Origin: Chiloscyllium plagiosum
Taxonomy: Eukaryota
Reading direction: 5' to 3'
NCBI RefSeq assembly: GCF_004010195.1
Contig: NC_057755.1
Span: 635,581 to 699,580 of the forward strand
DNA length: 64,000 bases
Part shown: piece by piece, positions 13,098 to 25,724 of the stretch
Numbering within the stretch: the first letter of the stretch is position 1
Layout of the letters: the number at the start of each line of letters is the position of its first letter
Notes under the pieces: generated by a model
Database searches by the model: none
Told to the model about the DNA's origin: nothing
What the model saw: only the letters and a program-made list of their open reading frames with translations
Program-made: the position numbers and the translations under genes

Positions 13098-13537
13098 NNN
13101 NNNNNNNNNNNNNNNNNNNNNNNNNNNNNNNNNNNNNNNNNNNNNNNNNNNNNNNNNNNNNNNNNNNNNNNNNNNNNNNNNNNNNNNNNNNNNNNNNNNN
13201 NNNNNNNNNNNNNNNNNNNNNNNNNNNNNNNNNNNNNNNNNNNNNNNNNNNNNNNNNNNNNNNNNNNNNNNNNNNNNNNNNNNNNNNNNNNNNNNNNNNN
13301 NNNNNNNNNNNNNNNNNNNNNNNNNNNNNNNNNNNNNNNNNNNNNNNNNNNNNNNNNNNNNNNNNNNNNNNNNNNNNNNNNNNNNNNNNNNNNNNNNNNN
13401 NNNNNNNNNNNNNNNNNNNNNNNNNNNNNNNNNNNNNNNNNNNNNNNNNNNNNNNNNNNNNNNNNNNNNNNNNNNNNNNNNNNNNNNNNNNNNNNNNNNN
13501 NNNNNNNNNNNNNNNNNNNNNNNNNNNNNNNNNNNNN
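13098..13537. other. Assembly gap (N run)
   Basis: N characters. Confidence 1.
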
Positions 13538-14607
13538 AACAGTCCATCTTCCGATGTTACACCTGCACCATTCCCCACCTCTTCCTCCATTACATTGATG
13601 ACTATATTGTCGTAACGTCATGCTCCCGTGAGGAGTTTGAGCAGTTCATCAACTTCACCAACACATTCCAACCCGACCTTAAATTCACCTGGTCCATCTC
13701 TGATACCGCCCTCCCCTTCCTACACTTCTATATCTCTATTAATGACGACTGACTTGACACTGACATTGTTTACAAACCCACTGACTCCCACAGCTTTCCG
13801 GATTACACCCTTTCCCACCTCCCTCCAGCAAAAATGCCATCCCGTATTCCCAATACGGCATCCGCCGTATCTGGTCCCAGGAGGACCAGTTCCACCACAG
13901 AACACATCAGATGGCACCCTATTTTAGAGACTGCAATTTCCCTTCCCACGTGTTTGAAGATGCCCCCTGAAACATCTCATCCACTTTCCGCATCTCCACC
14001 ATCAAACCCCAACCGTAACAAGGACAGAAACCCCAGTCCACGCTTCCCACCCTACCAAAATTCGCATAAACTGCATCATCCGCTGACATTTCTGCCGTCT
14101 CCAAATGGATCCCACCACCAGAGAAAAATTTCCCTTCCCACCCCCTATCCACTTTCCGCAAAGACCGTTCCTTCTGTGAGTACGTGGTCAGGTCCACGCC
14201 CCCCTGCAACCCATCCTGCTTCCTGGTACGCTCCCCTGCCACGGCAGGAATTACAAAACCTGCACCCACACCTCATCCCTCAAGGGAGCCTTCCACATGC
14301 ATCAAATTTTCACCTGCATATCCACCAATGTCATTTATTATGTCCATTTCTCCAGATGCAGTGTCCTCTACGTTGAGGATACTAGACACCTCCTTGCAGA
14401 ACGCTTTATGGAACATCTCCGGGACACCCGCACCATTCAAGCCCACCACCCCATGGCCCAACATTTCAACTTCCCCTCCCACTCTGCCGTGGGCATGCAT
14501 GTCCTGTGCCTCCTCCACCGCCACTCCCACACCACCCGACGCCTGGAGGAAGAACACCTCACCTCCGCCTCGAAACACTTCAACTCCAGGGCATCAATCT
14601 GGACTTC

Positions 14608-15098
14608 GAGGAGAAAGTGAGGTCTGTAGATGCTGGAGATCAAAGTTGAAACTTTATTGCTGGAACAGCACAGCAGGTCAGGCAGCATCCAGGGAACAGG
14701 AGATTCGACGTTTCGGGCACAGGCCCTTCTTCAGGAATGAGCAGAGAGTGTTCAGCAGGAGAAGATAAAAGGTAGGGAGGAGGGACTTGGAGGAGGGGAG
14801 TTGGAAGTGGAGGAGATGCGGTGGAGGGCACCGTCGACCACGTCGCCTTCCTGACCTGCAGTCTTCTTGTTGACCTCTCCGCCTCCATCCTACTCCGACC
14901 TATCACCCTCACCTTGACCTCTTTCCACCTATCACATTTCCAACGCCCCTCCTCCAAGTCCCTCCTCCCTACCTTTTATCTTCTCCTGCTGAACACTCTC
15001 TGCTCATTCCTGAAGAAGGGCCTGTGCCCGAAACGTCGAATCTCCTGTTCCCTGGATGCTGCCTGACCTGCTGTGCTGTTCCAGCAATAAAGTTTCAA
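14608..15098. mobile_element. Young Penelope terminal-repeat insertion with 162-bp inverted arms and a 16-bp TSD
   Basis: Arms 14645-14806 and 14938-15099 are near-perfect reverse complements; catcaatctggacttc at 14592-14607 and 15099-15114. Confidence 0.9.
15006..15041 (+). ncRNA. Minimal hammerhead ribozyme motif (mirror copy on the - strand at ~14703-14738)
   Basis: ATTC-CTGAAGA-A-GGGC-CTGT-GCCC-GAAACGTC-GAAT: stem I ATTC/GAAT, stem II GGGC/GCCC, GUC cleavage triplet. Confidence 0.8.
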
Positions 15099-16466
15099 CA
15101 TCAATCTGGACTTCATCAGTTTCCTCATTTCCCCTCCCTCTCTTTACCCCAATTCCAACCTTCCAGCTCAGCACTGACTTCATGATCTGCCGTACCTGCC
15201 ACTCTACCCTCTGATCTATCACCTCCACCTCCCCCCATTCATCTATTGCACTCTTAGTTGCATTCTCCCCAACCCCACCCCACCTCCAATTACCTATCCA
15301 CCCTGGAAGCTCCATTACTGATGAAGGGCTTTTGCCCAAAACGTCGAGTTTCTTGCTCCTCGGATGCTGACTGACCTGCTGTGCATTACCAGGACTACTC
15401 TAATCTAAACCCATGATCTCTTTCATCACTATTTCCCTGGCCACAACCTGCACAACATCCCCGCACCCCCACTCCATCCTTACTGGTTAAAATATTCCTG
15501 GGCAGCTGTCGCAAATCCCCCTGCCAGTAAATGATTTCTCTTCCAATTCAGGTGCAATCTGTCCGCCTCTTACTGGTCAATTCTACCCCAGAAAAGCTTC
15601 TAACGATCCAAAACTGAAGCCCCATTTCCCTGCAGCAGCACTACAGCCACATAGTCATCTGCTCTATCCTCCTATTACTACTCTCAATGGCTCGTGGCCC
15701 CCAGAGTAACCCAGATATTGCTACCCTCAACGACCTCCTTTTTAGATCCTATCGAACCTCTTGTATTCTCTCTTCATAATTTCAGCCTTTTCCTTTCTTT
15801 ATCGATATTTCCAATGCGCACAAAGATCGGCTACTAGTCCCAACCCCCTTTGAGAATATTCTGCATGCTCTCCAAGATATCCTTGAACCTGGCAGCAGTG
15901 AGGCAACAGGTTCTTGGCAGCAGAAATGTCTGTCTGTGTCTCTAATCAGGGAGTCCTCTATCACAATTGATTGTTGGGCATCTGATGTAACCTTCATTAT
16001 ATTAGAACCAGTCTTGAAACTAGAAACTTGGCCGTTCGAGCTATGTGCCCCTGAGAGTTCATGGCACCCCACATTTTCCACAATGTCATACATGTTTATG
16101 ATAGAGATAGCCACAGGAGACTCTTGTAATACCTGTCTCCGTCTCCTCCATTTCGTTGTGGTAACCCATCTACCTGAATATATCTGTGTTGTTTCTCCCA
16201 TCCATCAGATCCCCTTAGTTCCTGGAAATTCCTCATTGCCTCTTAATGCTGTTCCAACTGATCCAACTGATCGGATTCACAACCAAACACACTTCCTGAA
16301 GGCATAATCATCAGTAACATGAAAGTCTCGCTAATATTCCAAATCCGAACGCAAGAGAATATCACTCTGCTAAATGCCATCTTTGCACCTCGATAATCTA
16401 TAGGACTAGAAAATATCAGAGTCTTATTTCTGTCATTGACACTGTCCCCGGCTAAAGTAATGCCTG

Positions 16467-16471
<5 letters not shown>

Positions 16472-16504
<33 letters not shown>
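16472..16504. repeat. (TA)n microsatellite
   Basis: Pure TA run; only tatata at the paralogous site (~41476). Confidence 0.95.
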
Positions 16505-16508
<4 letters not shown>

Positions 16509-17401
16509 CAAGAGAAAGATTTCAATAAACAATCTCACTCTACTCAATGTTGTCGATTTACTTAAAATGTCATCAATATTACGCTTAAAAACCAAACATT
16601 TATCTGGTCCTGTGCTGTGCATCCTCACACAGGTTTGTACAACGTCAGCTTTGATTTTCACTGTTTGCTATTTTTTAATGAATGTGCTCCGATGACCAGA
16701 AATACATTAACTCAAACAGCAAAGGCAGCAGTTGTTCAATGCTTTCTCTCTGTCTATCTGTTTCACAGACAATGTGGTCCCTACCTTTGTCTCTGTTCCG
16801 CCTATTTTTGGAATTGTGTTGTGTTGATCTTTCCTGTTCCAAAATTTCCAAAACAATGCAACAGCTCATAAAACAAAAATTGCTCTTCCAGGATTGGGTG
16901 GAAGTCAGCTCCGAAGCCTAAAATGCCTCAAATAAAGGGGCAGTTCTTACAGCCAAAATCTTTTCACGCCCTCCAATTATGATTGCCTGAAATTGTCTGG
17001 TCACTATTTTACAAAAACATGAGTTGTTATATTTGAGAAGATGCTATTATTTGATACACAATATTAACACAGCTGAGAAAGTTTTGATGCATCATTCAGG
17101 GCACAAATCACGATCGAAGCCCTCTCTATGATGATAAATTTGGGACTTGTTAACTCACTGAATTTTTCATTGTTTGTTTCAGAAGGTGATCAATTCCTTG
17201 CCATAATTAACAAATGGTTTAATTTTGCTTCCACATTTAGGCAGCAAATAATGCAAAATGCAAATATGGAGGTGTGACTTTTTAATTGCATTCTCTGCAG
17301 AATCTGACTCAAATAGTTTTGGAACGTACTTGTTGATATTTTATGAATTAATTACACAATTCAAAACAATACAGAGAGTTCACAACTTCGATTACTGAAT
17401 G

Positions 17402-18345
17402 TGGCAGATCCAATCTATTGTGTAATAATACATAATATGATTGGTGGAGTGGCAGAAAGCATAAGGGACTGTCAGGCAATAGAGGAGGGTATACATAGAC
17501 TGGAGAGTTGGGCGGAAAAGTGGCAGATGACTTCCAATCCACACAAATGTGAGGTGATGCATTTAGGCAAGTCTAATTCCAGAACAAATTACACAATGAA
17601 TGGAATAGCCTTGGGAAATGTTGATGGGCAGAGAGAACTGGGAGTGCAGGTCCATTGTCCCCTGAACATTGCTGCACAGGTGGATAGAGTGATCAAGAAG
17701 GCATATAGTATCCTTGCCTGCATCGGAAGGAATACTGAGTATAAGATCTGGCAAGTCATGTTAAAATTGTACAAGACATTGCTTCCGCTGCATTTAGAAT
17801 ACTGTGTACAGTTCTGGGCGCCACATTAACAAAATGATGTTGACCTTTGGACAGGGTGCATAGAAGGTTTATGAGGATGTTGCCTGGTATGAAGGTGCTT
17901 GCTATGCAGAGAGGTTGCGTAGGTTAGGTTTATTTTCACTAGAGAAAAGCAGATTGAGGGGGGACCTGATTGAGCGTTGCAAAATGATGAAGGGTATAGA
18001 CAGGATGGATAGAGACAAGCTTTCTCCCAAGGTGAAGCATTCAGTAACGAGAAGTCTTGCTTCCAAAGTGAGAGGTGGAATGTTTAAGGGGATACACGCG
18101 GCAAGTACTTCACACAGAAGGTGGTGGACGTTTGGAATGCGTTGCCAGCAGAGGTGGTAGAGGCAGGCACGGTAGTTTCATTTAAGATGCATCTGGACAG
18201 ATGCATGAGTTGGTGGGGAGCAAAGAGTAGAGATGCTTAGGAATTGGCCGCCAGGTTTAGACAGTGCATTTGTATTGCTCAGACTTGCAGAGCCGAAGGG
18301 CCTGTTCAAGGGGTGTAAATGTTTCTGTTCTTTTTCGTTCTTTGA
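17402..18345 (+). mobile_element. 5'-truncated CR1 LINE, specific to copy A
   Basis: WAEKWQM..KCEVMHLG, HLEYCVQFWAPH, LGLFSLEK; empty site in copy B at ~42400. Confidence 0.92.
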
Positions 18346-19669
18346 TCGAAATCGAGTCTCTCTGACTCTCTATTGTCTTCTAATCATGTCCGGGGCAATT
18401 AACCTTTAAATCCGAAGACTCAGCAATTCATAGACAGTACAAGATTTCACAAGATGTCTATTTTTAAAAAAACTTTATTTTGTAATAGGAATAATCAACA
18501 GTGTAAGCAATGTTAACTAATGAATTGATAAGTTTTTATGTTGCAAACGTAGTTACTATTATTCCTCCAAATGTACGCAAAAATAAAAATAATGAAGTTG
18601 CAAACACCTCTTCAGGGAACAACTGCAAGCTCTCCGACCCCTCTGAAATTCAATTTAGCATTACACAGTGTTCCTATATTCGAAAGGGACAAACAGCAAC
18701 AGGCCATTAAACCCACCAAGCGAATTCACTCCTCAGTCTTTCTACAATCCCACAGAATGCAAGGAAACATTGGCACTAAAATCAATCATTCACGCCAATA
18801 TCAATTGAACAAACGAGCTATCTGTTCTGAAACCACTTTCCAGCACCTAGTCCACACAGCGTTAAAGGTTTTTACACTTCACAGCATATGTGAGTTCCCT
18901 TTAAATGAGTTAAAGCTGGTCCTCTCAAGCCACCATCAAAACTGGGTAGTGAATTCTAGTTGCACCATCATCTTCTGAATGAAATGGTCGGCCTCATGTC
19001 CTCGATAATCCTCCCATCGACACCGAACACCATTCTTGTAAATCTCTTCGGTAGCCACCTCAGTGCCATTCTGTCGTCACTTCTCCGTGCTGACCAGTAC
19101 TGTGCACGAAACCACATATGTGTGAGCCACCCAGTGCCTCATGCAATCTCAGATCTGAGAAGGAGCGAGGGAATTTATTTTGCCTTGGCTATGGTGCAGA
19201 GTGAAAGCTTAGTAACTTTGGGAGACATAATATCGAATTACATTTCAGTATGGATGCCTGATCAGGGTCGAGGGAATATCATGGATCTGGAGGGATAAAG
19301 TTTGTGTGCAATCTCTTTGAAGAGTGGGGTTAGTTTGTCAGTTCAACAGGTGTTAGTCTGCGTGTTTAATAGCCTCACTTCTGTTATGACACCAAATGAT
19401 TAATTACAGAATAATCCAGATCCTAGGCCGAAATCCAGATTGATGATCTTAACCTTATTTGTTTTGATTTTAAAAAAATGATTTCTTGCTGAATCGCAAA
19501 GACACAATGCTGAACAACAAGACAGCAGTTTATTGGAAAAGAAATAATGACAAAATAGGATAAACCAATCGACGTAACTATAACGCAGATTCAAAGGCAA
19601 TGAACATGGAGTAAATATTTAATTCTTATTAACCTCAAAACAATGAATAGATGAAACAAAAGTTCACGA

Positions 19670-19997
19670 NNNNNNNNNNNNNNNNNNNNNNNNNNNNNNN
19701 NNNNNNNNNNNNNNNNNNNNNNNNNNNNNNNNNNNNNNNNNNNNNNNNNNNNNNNNNNNNNNNNNNNNNNNNNNNNNNNNNNNNNNNNNNNNNNNNNNNN
19801 NNNNNNNNNNNNNNNNNNNNNNNNNNNNNNNNNNNNNNNNNNNNNNNNNNNNNNNNNNNNNNNNNNNNNNNNNNNNNNNNNNNNNNNNNNNNNNNNNNNN
19901 NNNNNNNNNNNNNNNNNNNNNNNNNNNNNNNNNNNNNNNNNNNNNNNNNNNNNNNNNNNNNNNNNNNNNNNNNNNNNNNNNNNNNNNNNNNNNNNNN
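19670..19997. other. Assembly gap (N run)
   Basis: N characters. Confidence 1.
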
Positions 19998-20092
19998 AGA
20001 TGGAAATGTGTTGCTGGAAAAGCGCAGCAGGTCAGGCAGCATCTAGGGAACAGGAGAATCGACGTTTCGGGCATTAGCCCTTCTTCAGGAAA
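19998..20092 (-). mobile_element. Penelope terminal fragment with hammerhead motif
   Basis: - strand ttcctgaagaagggctaatgcccgaaacgtcgattc...ccagcaacacatt; same family as 28300-28464 and 30075-30143. Confidence 0.85.
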
Positions 20093-20461
20093 GTGTTTAA
20101 TAGCCTCACTTCTGTTATGACACCAAATGATTAATTACAGAATAATCCAGATCCTAGGCCGAAATCCACATTGATGATCTTAACCTTATTTTGTTTTGAT
20201 TTAAAAAAAAATGATTTCTTGCTGAATCGCAAAGACACAATGCTGAACAACAAGACAGCAGTTTATTGGAAAAGAAATAATGACAAAATAGGATAAACCA
20301 ATCGACGTAACTATAACGCAGATTCAAAGGCAATGAACATGGAGTAAATATTTAATTCTTATTAACCTCAAAACAATGAATAGATGAAACAAAAGTTCAC
20401 GACATTTGTATGTTATACAAATCATGAATCCCAGTGCCGTTCCAAGGAGAATAACCCTAAT

Positions 20462-20640
20462 AAAAAGTTTAAAAATCACACAACACCAGGTTATAGTCCA
20501 ACAGGTTTAATTGGAAGCACTAGCTTTGCGAACGCTGCTACTTCATCAGAAGTGCTTCCAGTTAAACCTGTTGGCATATAACCTCCTGTTGTGTGATGTT
20601 TACCTTTATACACCCCAGTCCAACACTGGCATCTCCAAAT
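20462..20640. mobile_element. Short fold-back Penelope-type terminal element with a 12-bp TSD (ortholog ~44421-44599)
   Basis: Inverted arms atcacacaac...ggaagcact / agtgcttcc...gttgtgtgat; degenerate ctgatgaag...aaagcta core on the - strand; aataaccctaat at 20450-20461 and 20641-20652. Confidence 0.75.
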
Positions 20641-21574
20641 AATAACCCTAATGTAATATTCATACCAGAAATCCTGTATGATCGCTTGGTTAAATGACTT
20701 GTGACTACCACTTCTAAACGAGAACTGCAGTAAATTTCTTCCTGGAGCTCTCGCATGCCTGAGTGGCGATGTACTCAGCTTCAAACAATCTCTTTAGAGC
20801 TTTTTATGTGTTCCAACACTTCTGTCTGGGACCAAAACAACACTTTAATTCCAAGGCAATGTAATCTCCTAAAAGGCTTATTTATTTCACACGAGCACAA
20901 ATCTGTACATCCACTCAGTTTCAGGGACTTACAGAAACTAAAAGAAATGACGGAATGATAAAAGTGAAAGTAATACTTTCTTAGATAAGGGTTTCCTACT
21001 TAATCGCAAATTCCAGAACTCTCCAACAACTCTTTCTGGCTCCATTAATACCATGTTGGGTTGCAAGCGTCAAAAATAAATAAAGGTTCATTGTGCACAA
21101 AACCATTCAATCTGTAGCCAAACTTCAAATGGAACTTTTAAAACACAATTTTTGCTAGCAGAAATAACTCCAAGAAAACCGTTAACTACAGATGCACAGA
21201 AAAGGCCACTGCTTCTTCACTCTACGAACCACAACCATATTCAAACTAAATGATTTTGCATTCTCAGTATAAAAATATCATCACTGAAATTTTCCAAAGT
21301 AATTCCTTGCCTTAATTCCACTGAAAGTCTCTGTTGTCTCCACTTGAAATGGAGTTTTCTGGAACATTCACTAATGAGATGAATACTTTCCCAGGTAATT
21401 TCTGCGGTATCTGCGATTATGGGGATTACATGAGTTGTCTGTAATCTGAGACTAAATTACTGATTGTATGCCACTGTGTGACTTTTGTCCCCATGTATCA
21501 TTGTCAGTCGCAGAGTGAACCCGCAGAGAATCCTCACGCAGATTGGCACAAATTCAATGTTGTAAGATACTTTC

Positions 21575-21641
21575 CAGGAATTGTTACAAATGGAAGGATG
21601 GTGTAAAATATTCTTCGCACATGATGAATTGAGAACGTAAT
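21575..21641 (-). pseudogene. GPCR exon 1, copy A (start ATG>ATT, donor GT>GA)
   Basis: ITFSIHHVRRIFYTILPFVTIP+G, 67 bp, collinear with 45459-45525; TATAAA at 21701-21706. Confidence 0.75.
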
Positions 21642-21899
21642 TTTCTTCCAGAATCTCTTTGTGCAGGCAGTCTTTCTGTACTAAATGTCAAAGGCTTGCA
21701 TTTATACCTGCTGATATTGGCTGGGGAACTGTGGCAATACAATGTTGTTCAATTCATTTTTGTACGAAATTGAACAAACAGGTGACTGCAGTGAGTTAAC
21801 CTCCAGTTGTCACAAAGTATTTGCAAAACTGAGGTTTATTAGATGACACAAATCTCAATCGGTCAATATCAATCATTGGAAAATGCATGTGAAATAAAA

Positions 21900-22037
21900 T
21901 CATAGAATCCTTACAGTGTGGAAGTAGGCCAAAGAGGCCATCGAGTCCACACCGACCCTACAAAGGATATCCCATCCAATCCCATCCCGCTGGCCCTGTG
22001 AGGCAGCACGTCTAACCACTGAGCCACTGTTCCACCG
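21900..22037 (-). mobile_element. Internally deleted HE1-type SINE (ortholog ~45785-45919)
   Basis: - strand cacggtggaacagtggctcagtggttagacgtgctgcctcacag head joined to a CR1-like tail. Confidence 0.75.
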
Positions 22038-24367
22038 TGTATACCAGCATTGACCCCCAACATCATCTATCCAACACTGAAATCTAATTTTATTTCAAAG
22101 TCGCCCTTCCTTTTCCATGGACCACTTGGAAATTAAATTCCAGTTGTTGAGTGTCTCTCTGAGAAACGTTCACCTCAACACTGGAATGTGCCTTCCCTGC
22201 TTATCAGCACTGTTCTGTGAAGAGATGATAGTTGGTGAATGGAGACGATGCATTGTAGATTTTAATAAGTCCAACATCGCAAAAGAATACAGCTTCTGAT
22301 TCAAGGATAACTTTTTCACAGTTAAGGCAGTAATTGAAACAAGTAAACTAATTCACTGAAATATACCATTAATGGTTGTATGAGCTCCAATCAACGCAGG
22401 TCCTCCTACGAGGAAACAGTGTCCTGGACTTGTTTCATCGCTGACTCTGAGACGCATACGATCTGTGCAGAAGCACATGGGGACGATTTGTTCCCTGCAG
22501 TGTACACCACATGTGCAGAGAAGAAACCTAGAACAGTTTCAAGCGAGATGGTGGAGTGTGGCCCGGGAGAGATTTTCACACACAAGGATGCAGAAATGTC
22601 AAATTATGGCAATGTTTGAGCGGCAGTCAATGAGGCTTGTGGGTGATGGGGAAATGGGACTTGGTGTGAGGACTGATAAAGGTCAGAAAACAGACAGCAA
22701 GAATAATTATGACATCTTCATGTTGTCAGGCTTGCATTAATGAATGCAAAAGGATCATTTATCCAGACACAGCCATTTATATTCTCCATCAACAAAAGAG
22801 ATGATGGGATCATGTGTGGCGCTTGTTGATAGGACAATGTCAGATGGGACAGTAAAAGACAAGGAGGACATAAGAACGCTGACAAGCGGAAGGTCAGGTT
22901 CACTGTGAGCACAAAATAGTCTGTGCTATTTCATGTGGAGAAATGTGAGACATTTTTCATTCACTTCAGTCTTGGAAAGATTTCACTCCATCTATAAACA
23001 TTTAGATGCTTATGCTAGTCGTAAAACAAGAGGCAGCAAGAAGCCTTTCAGACCATTCAGTACCAGTAGTTTCCATTACTTTCCTGAAATCTTTTCTCAT
23101 CTCTGACCCTTCTCAATTTCAAGAATTCAAACCTGGATTTAATTCAGTTCAGTCCCTCATCATGGAACCTGGCTGTCCCACTATATTACTGGTCAATTGA
23201 TGCTGCACTCAAATCGACATGGACCATCTGGCTGACCTCAACGCCCCAGTATTTTTTTCAGATTTATAAAGTTACTTTGGTGCTGTGCTTACATCAAATG
23301 TCTGCAATGGATAAAGCTGAGTGGATCTATCAGAATCATTAGTCCTGACTTGACAGAATCCAGTATGGTATATTTTCTTAACAGTGCCTAGTGTCGAGAA
23401 TGTCACGTAATAACTTCAGCATATCCTGTCGTGTGGGGGTTTCTGGGCTAGTATAGGAGTAGGAGCAGGAGCGGGAAAGTGTGGAAAGTGCAGAGCCCGT
23501 GGTCTTATATACCAACATTTATACCAACAATGTCTGGGAGCGAAACCACTCTTCAGAGGCCGGCATTCTGTCATTAATATACCATTATTTGGAAATGCAT
23601 CACCTTTGACAGGAGATTCTCACTGAGTCAGTAACTCAGTATCTCAATGTCCCTGACATTTGTCCTTTTATTTCGGATAGGTCTCTCTGAATAAATCAGA
23701 TTCACAGCCTCAATGTAGGAATTCATACCCCCGACGATGTCCATCTGGCTAACCTCATGACAAAAACAGGGAGATATAGTGGTGAATTCCCACCAGTAAA
23801 ATGCAACAAATTGAACGAGAAATTGAAAAGCTGATCCCCTTGTTACTGCGAGTACACATTGGTCTGATAAACATGTGGCTGGAATCATTGGTTCCAGGAG
23901 GATGGATTTTGTATCTATGGTTTATTGGTGAGGTTTCTGGGGCGAATGAAACCTGGATACATTGGAAGCATGGGTTTTGTTTGAATTGGATAGAGATTAA
24001 TACTCTTCTGGCGAAACACATTCCGCCATTGTGGAATATTTGTTCAATCTTGTCAGAGTGTTGGGAACCTGGAATCAGTTTCAGTTAGCAGGGAAATGAT
24101 GGTGGCTACATGAAGTAGTAAACCCGTGAGTTAAGGAGAAAAGGAACAAAATCACGTTCTGAATACGTAAAGATGTTCTGCATCAGAATCCTAATCTTCA
24201 GGATCGAACCCTACCCTCACATGCCTCACACATTCATGGACAGGGTTCTTTCTGGAGACCAAGATTGCCATTTTAGGGATACCCTCAATAATGTATCCAT
24301 TATGTTGTGCACATTCTGTCGAAATCTCCACTATTTGGACAGAAAAAAAACACATTGGAAGGACTAA

Positions 24368-25674
24368 CTTATTGCATCTCACAGGTTTGCAGTGATACAA
24401 TGTAACAGATGTAAGCATACAGTAAGTTGACATACTTTGCCCAAAACATACCGATAGAATGCAACAGCATGAATTTACATTATTATTGCATTGAGTAAGA
24501 GTGATCTTAAAATATAGAGTCATCGAGTCACAGAAATGTACAACACAGAAAAAGACCCTTCAGTCCAATTCGTCCATGCCGACCAGATATCCCAACCCAA
24601 TCAAGTCCTACCTGACAGCACCTCGCCCATATTCCTCCAAAACTTTCCTATTCATGTACCAATTCAGGTAGCTTTTAACTGTTGCAATTGTAGTAGCCTC
24701 CACCACTTTCTCTGGTAGTTCATTCCATACACATGCCACCCTCTGAGTTAAAAAGTTGCCCCTTAAGTCTCTTTCATATCTTTCCCCTCTCACCCTAAAC
24801 TTGCACCCACTCGTTCTGGACTCCCACATCCCAGGGAAAATACTTTGTCTATTTACCATATCCATGCCCTCATGATTTTATAAAATGTTTTTTTCAGATG
24901 ACGAATGAGAAATTTGACTCTGATACTCAGTTCCTTAATCTAAATAACGAATTAATGTATAAATGAGCAATTGAGGATTTAGCGACCATGGTAAAGAGGT
25001 TCTCAGTATATTGGCTTTTGCTTATTGCATCTCACAGGTTTGCAGTGATACAATGTAACAGATGTAAGCATATAGTAAGTTGACATACTTTGCCCAAAAC
25101 ATACCAATAGAATGCAATAGCATGAATTTACATTATTATTGCATTGAGTAAGAGTGATCTTAAAATATAGATTCATCGAGTCACAGAAATGTACAACACA
25201 GAAAAAGACCCTTCAGTCCAATTCGTCCATGCCGACCAGATATCCCAACCCAATCAAGTCCTACCTGACAGCACCTCGCCCATATTCCTCCAAAACGTTC
25301 CTATTCATGTACCAATCCAGGTAGCTTTTAACTGTTGCAATTGTAGTAGCCTCCACCACTTTCTCTGGTAATTCATTCCATACACATGCCACCCTCTGAG
25401 TTAAAAAGTTGCCCCTTAAGTCTCTTTCATATCTTTCCCCTCTCACCCTAAACTTGCACCCACTCGTTCTGGACTCCCACATCCCAGGGAAAACACTTTG
25501 TCTATTTACCATATCCATGCCCTCATGATTTTATAAAATGTTTTTTTTCAGATGAAGAATGAGAAATTTGACTCTGATACTCAGTTCCTTAATCGAAATA
25601 ACGAATTAATGTATAAATGAGCAATTGAGGATTTAGCGACCATGGTAAAGAGGTTCTCAGTATATTGGCTTTTG
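24368..25674. repeat. ~653-bp tandem duplication containing a - strand CR1 3' end
   Basis: cttattgcatctcacagg at 24368 and 25021; copies differ by a few substitutions; CR1 3' fragments at ~24515-24885 and ~25170-25535. Confidence 0.95.
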
Positions 25675-25724
25675 CTAACGAGGGAGAAATGCCTGAATGA
25701 TTTTCAACAATTATTTAGGCGCCT

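Larger units (their letters stand above)
12420..15410 (+). mobile_element. Older Penelope-like element (RT, GIY-YIG, 3' repeat) spanning an assembly gap
   Basis: CRVFTIPPDL..EQSVLSKGL, LFLHYIDDYI, LKFTWSISDTALPFL, FTCISTNVIYYVHFSRCSVLYVEDTR..LAERFMEH; degenerate hammerhead ctgatgaagggcttttgcccaaaacgtcga at ~15318. Confidence 0.88.
10720..16950 (-). mobile_element. Degraded, internally deleted near-full-length CR1 LINE with ORF1 remnant, interrupted by Penelope (paralog 38790-41980)
   Basis: 3' UTR and RT end at 10.7-11.8 kb, endonuclease-like segment at 11.8-12.3 kb, ORF1 esterase-like SIVIEDSLIRDTDRHFC at ~15930-15980. Confidence 0.8.

Noticed and set aside
12958..13752. Long ORFs across N runs (also 19635-20074)
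   Set aside because: Artefacts of translating gaps
21280..21800. V2R, TLR or viral envelope coding remnant
   Set aside because: No diagnostic motifs; the region is better explained as GPCR promoter, exon 1 and intron start
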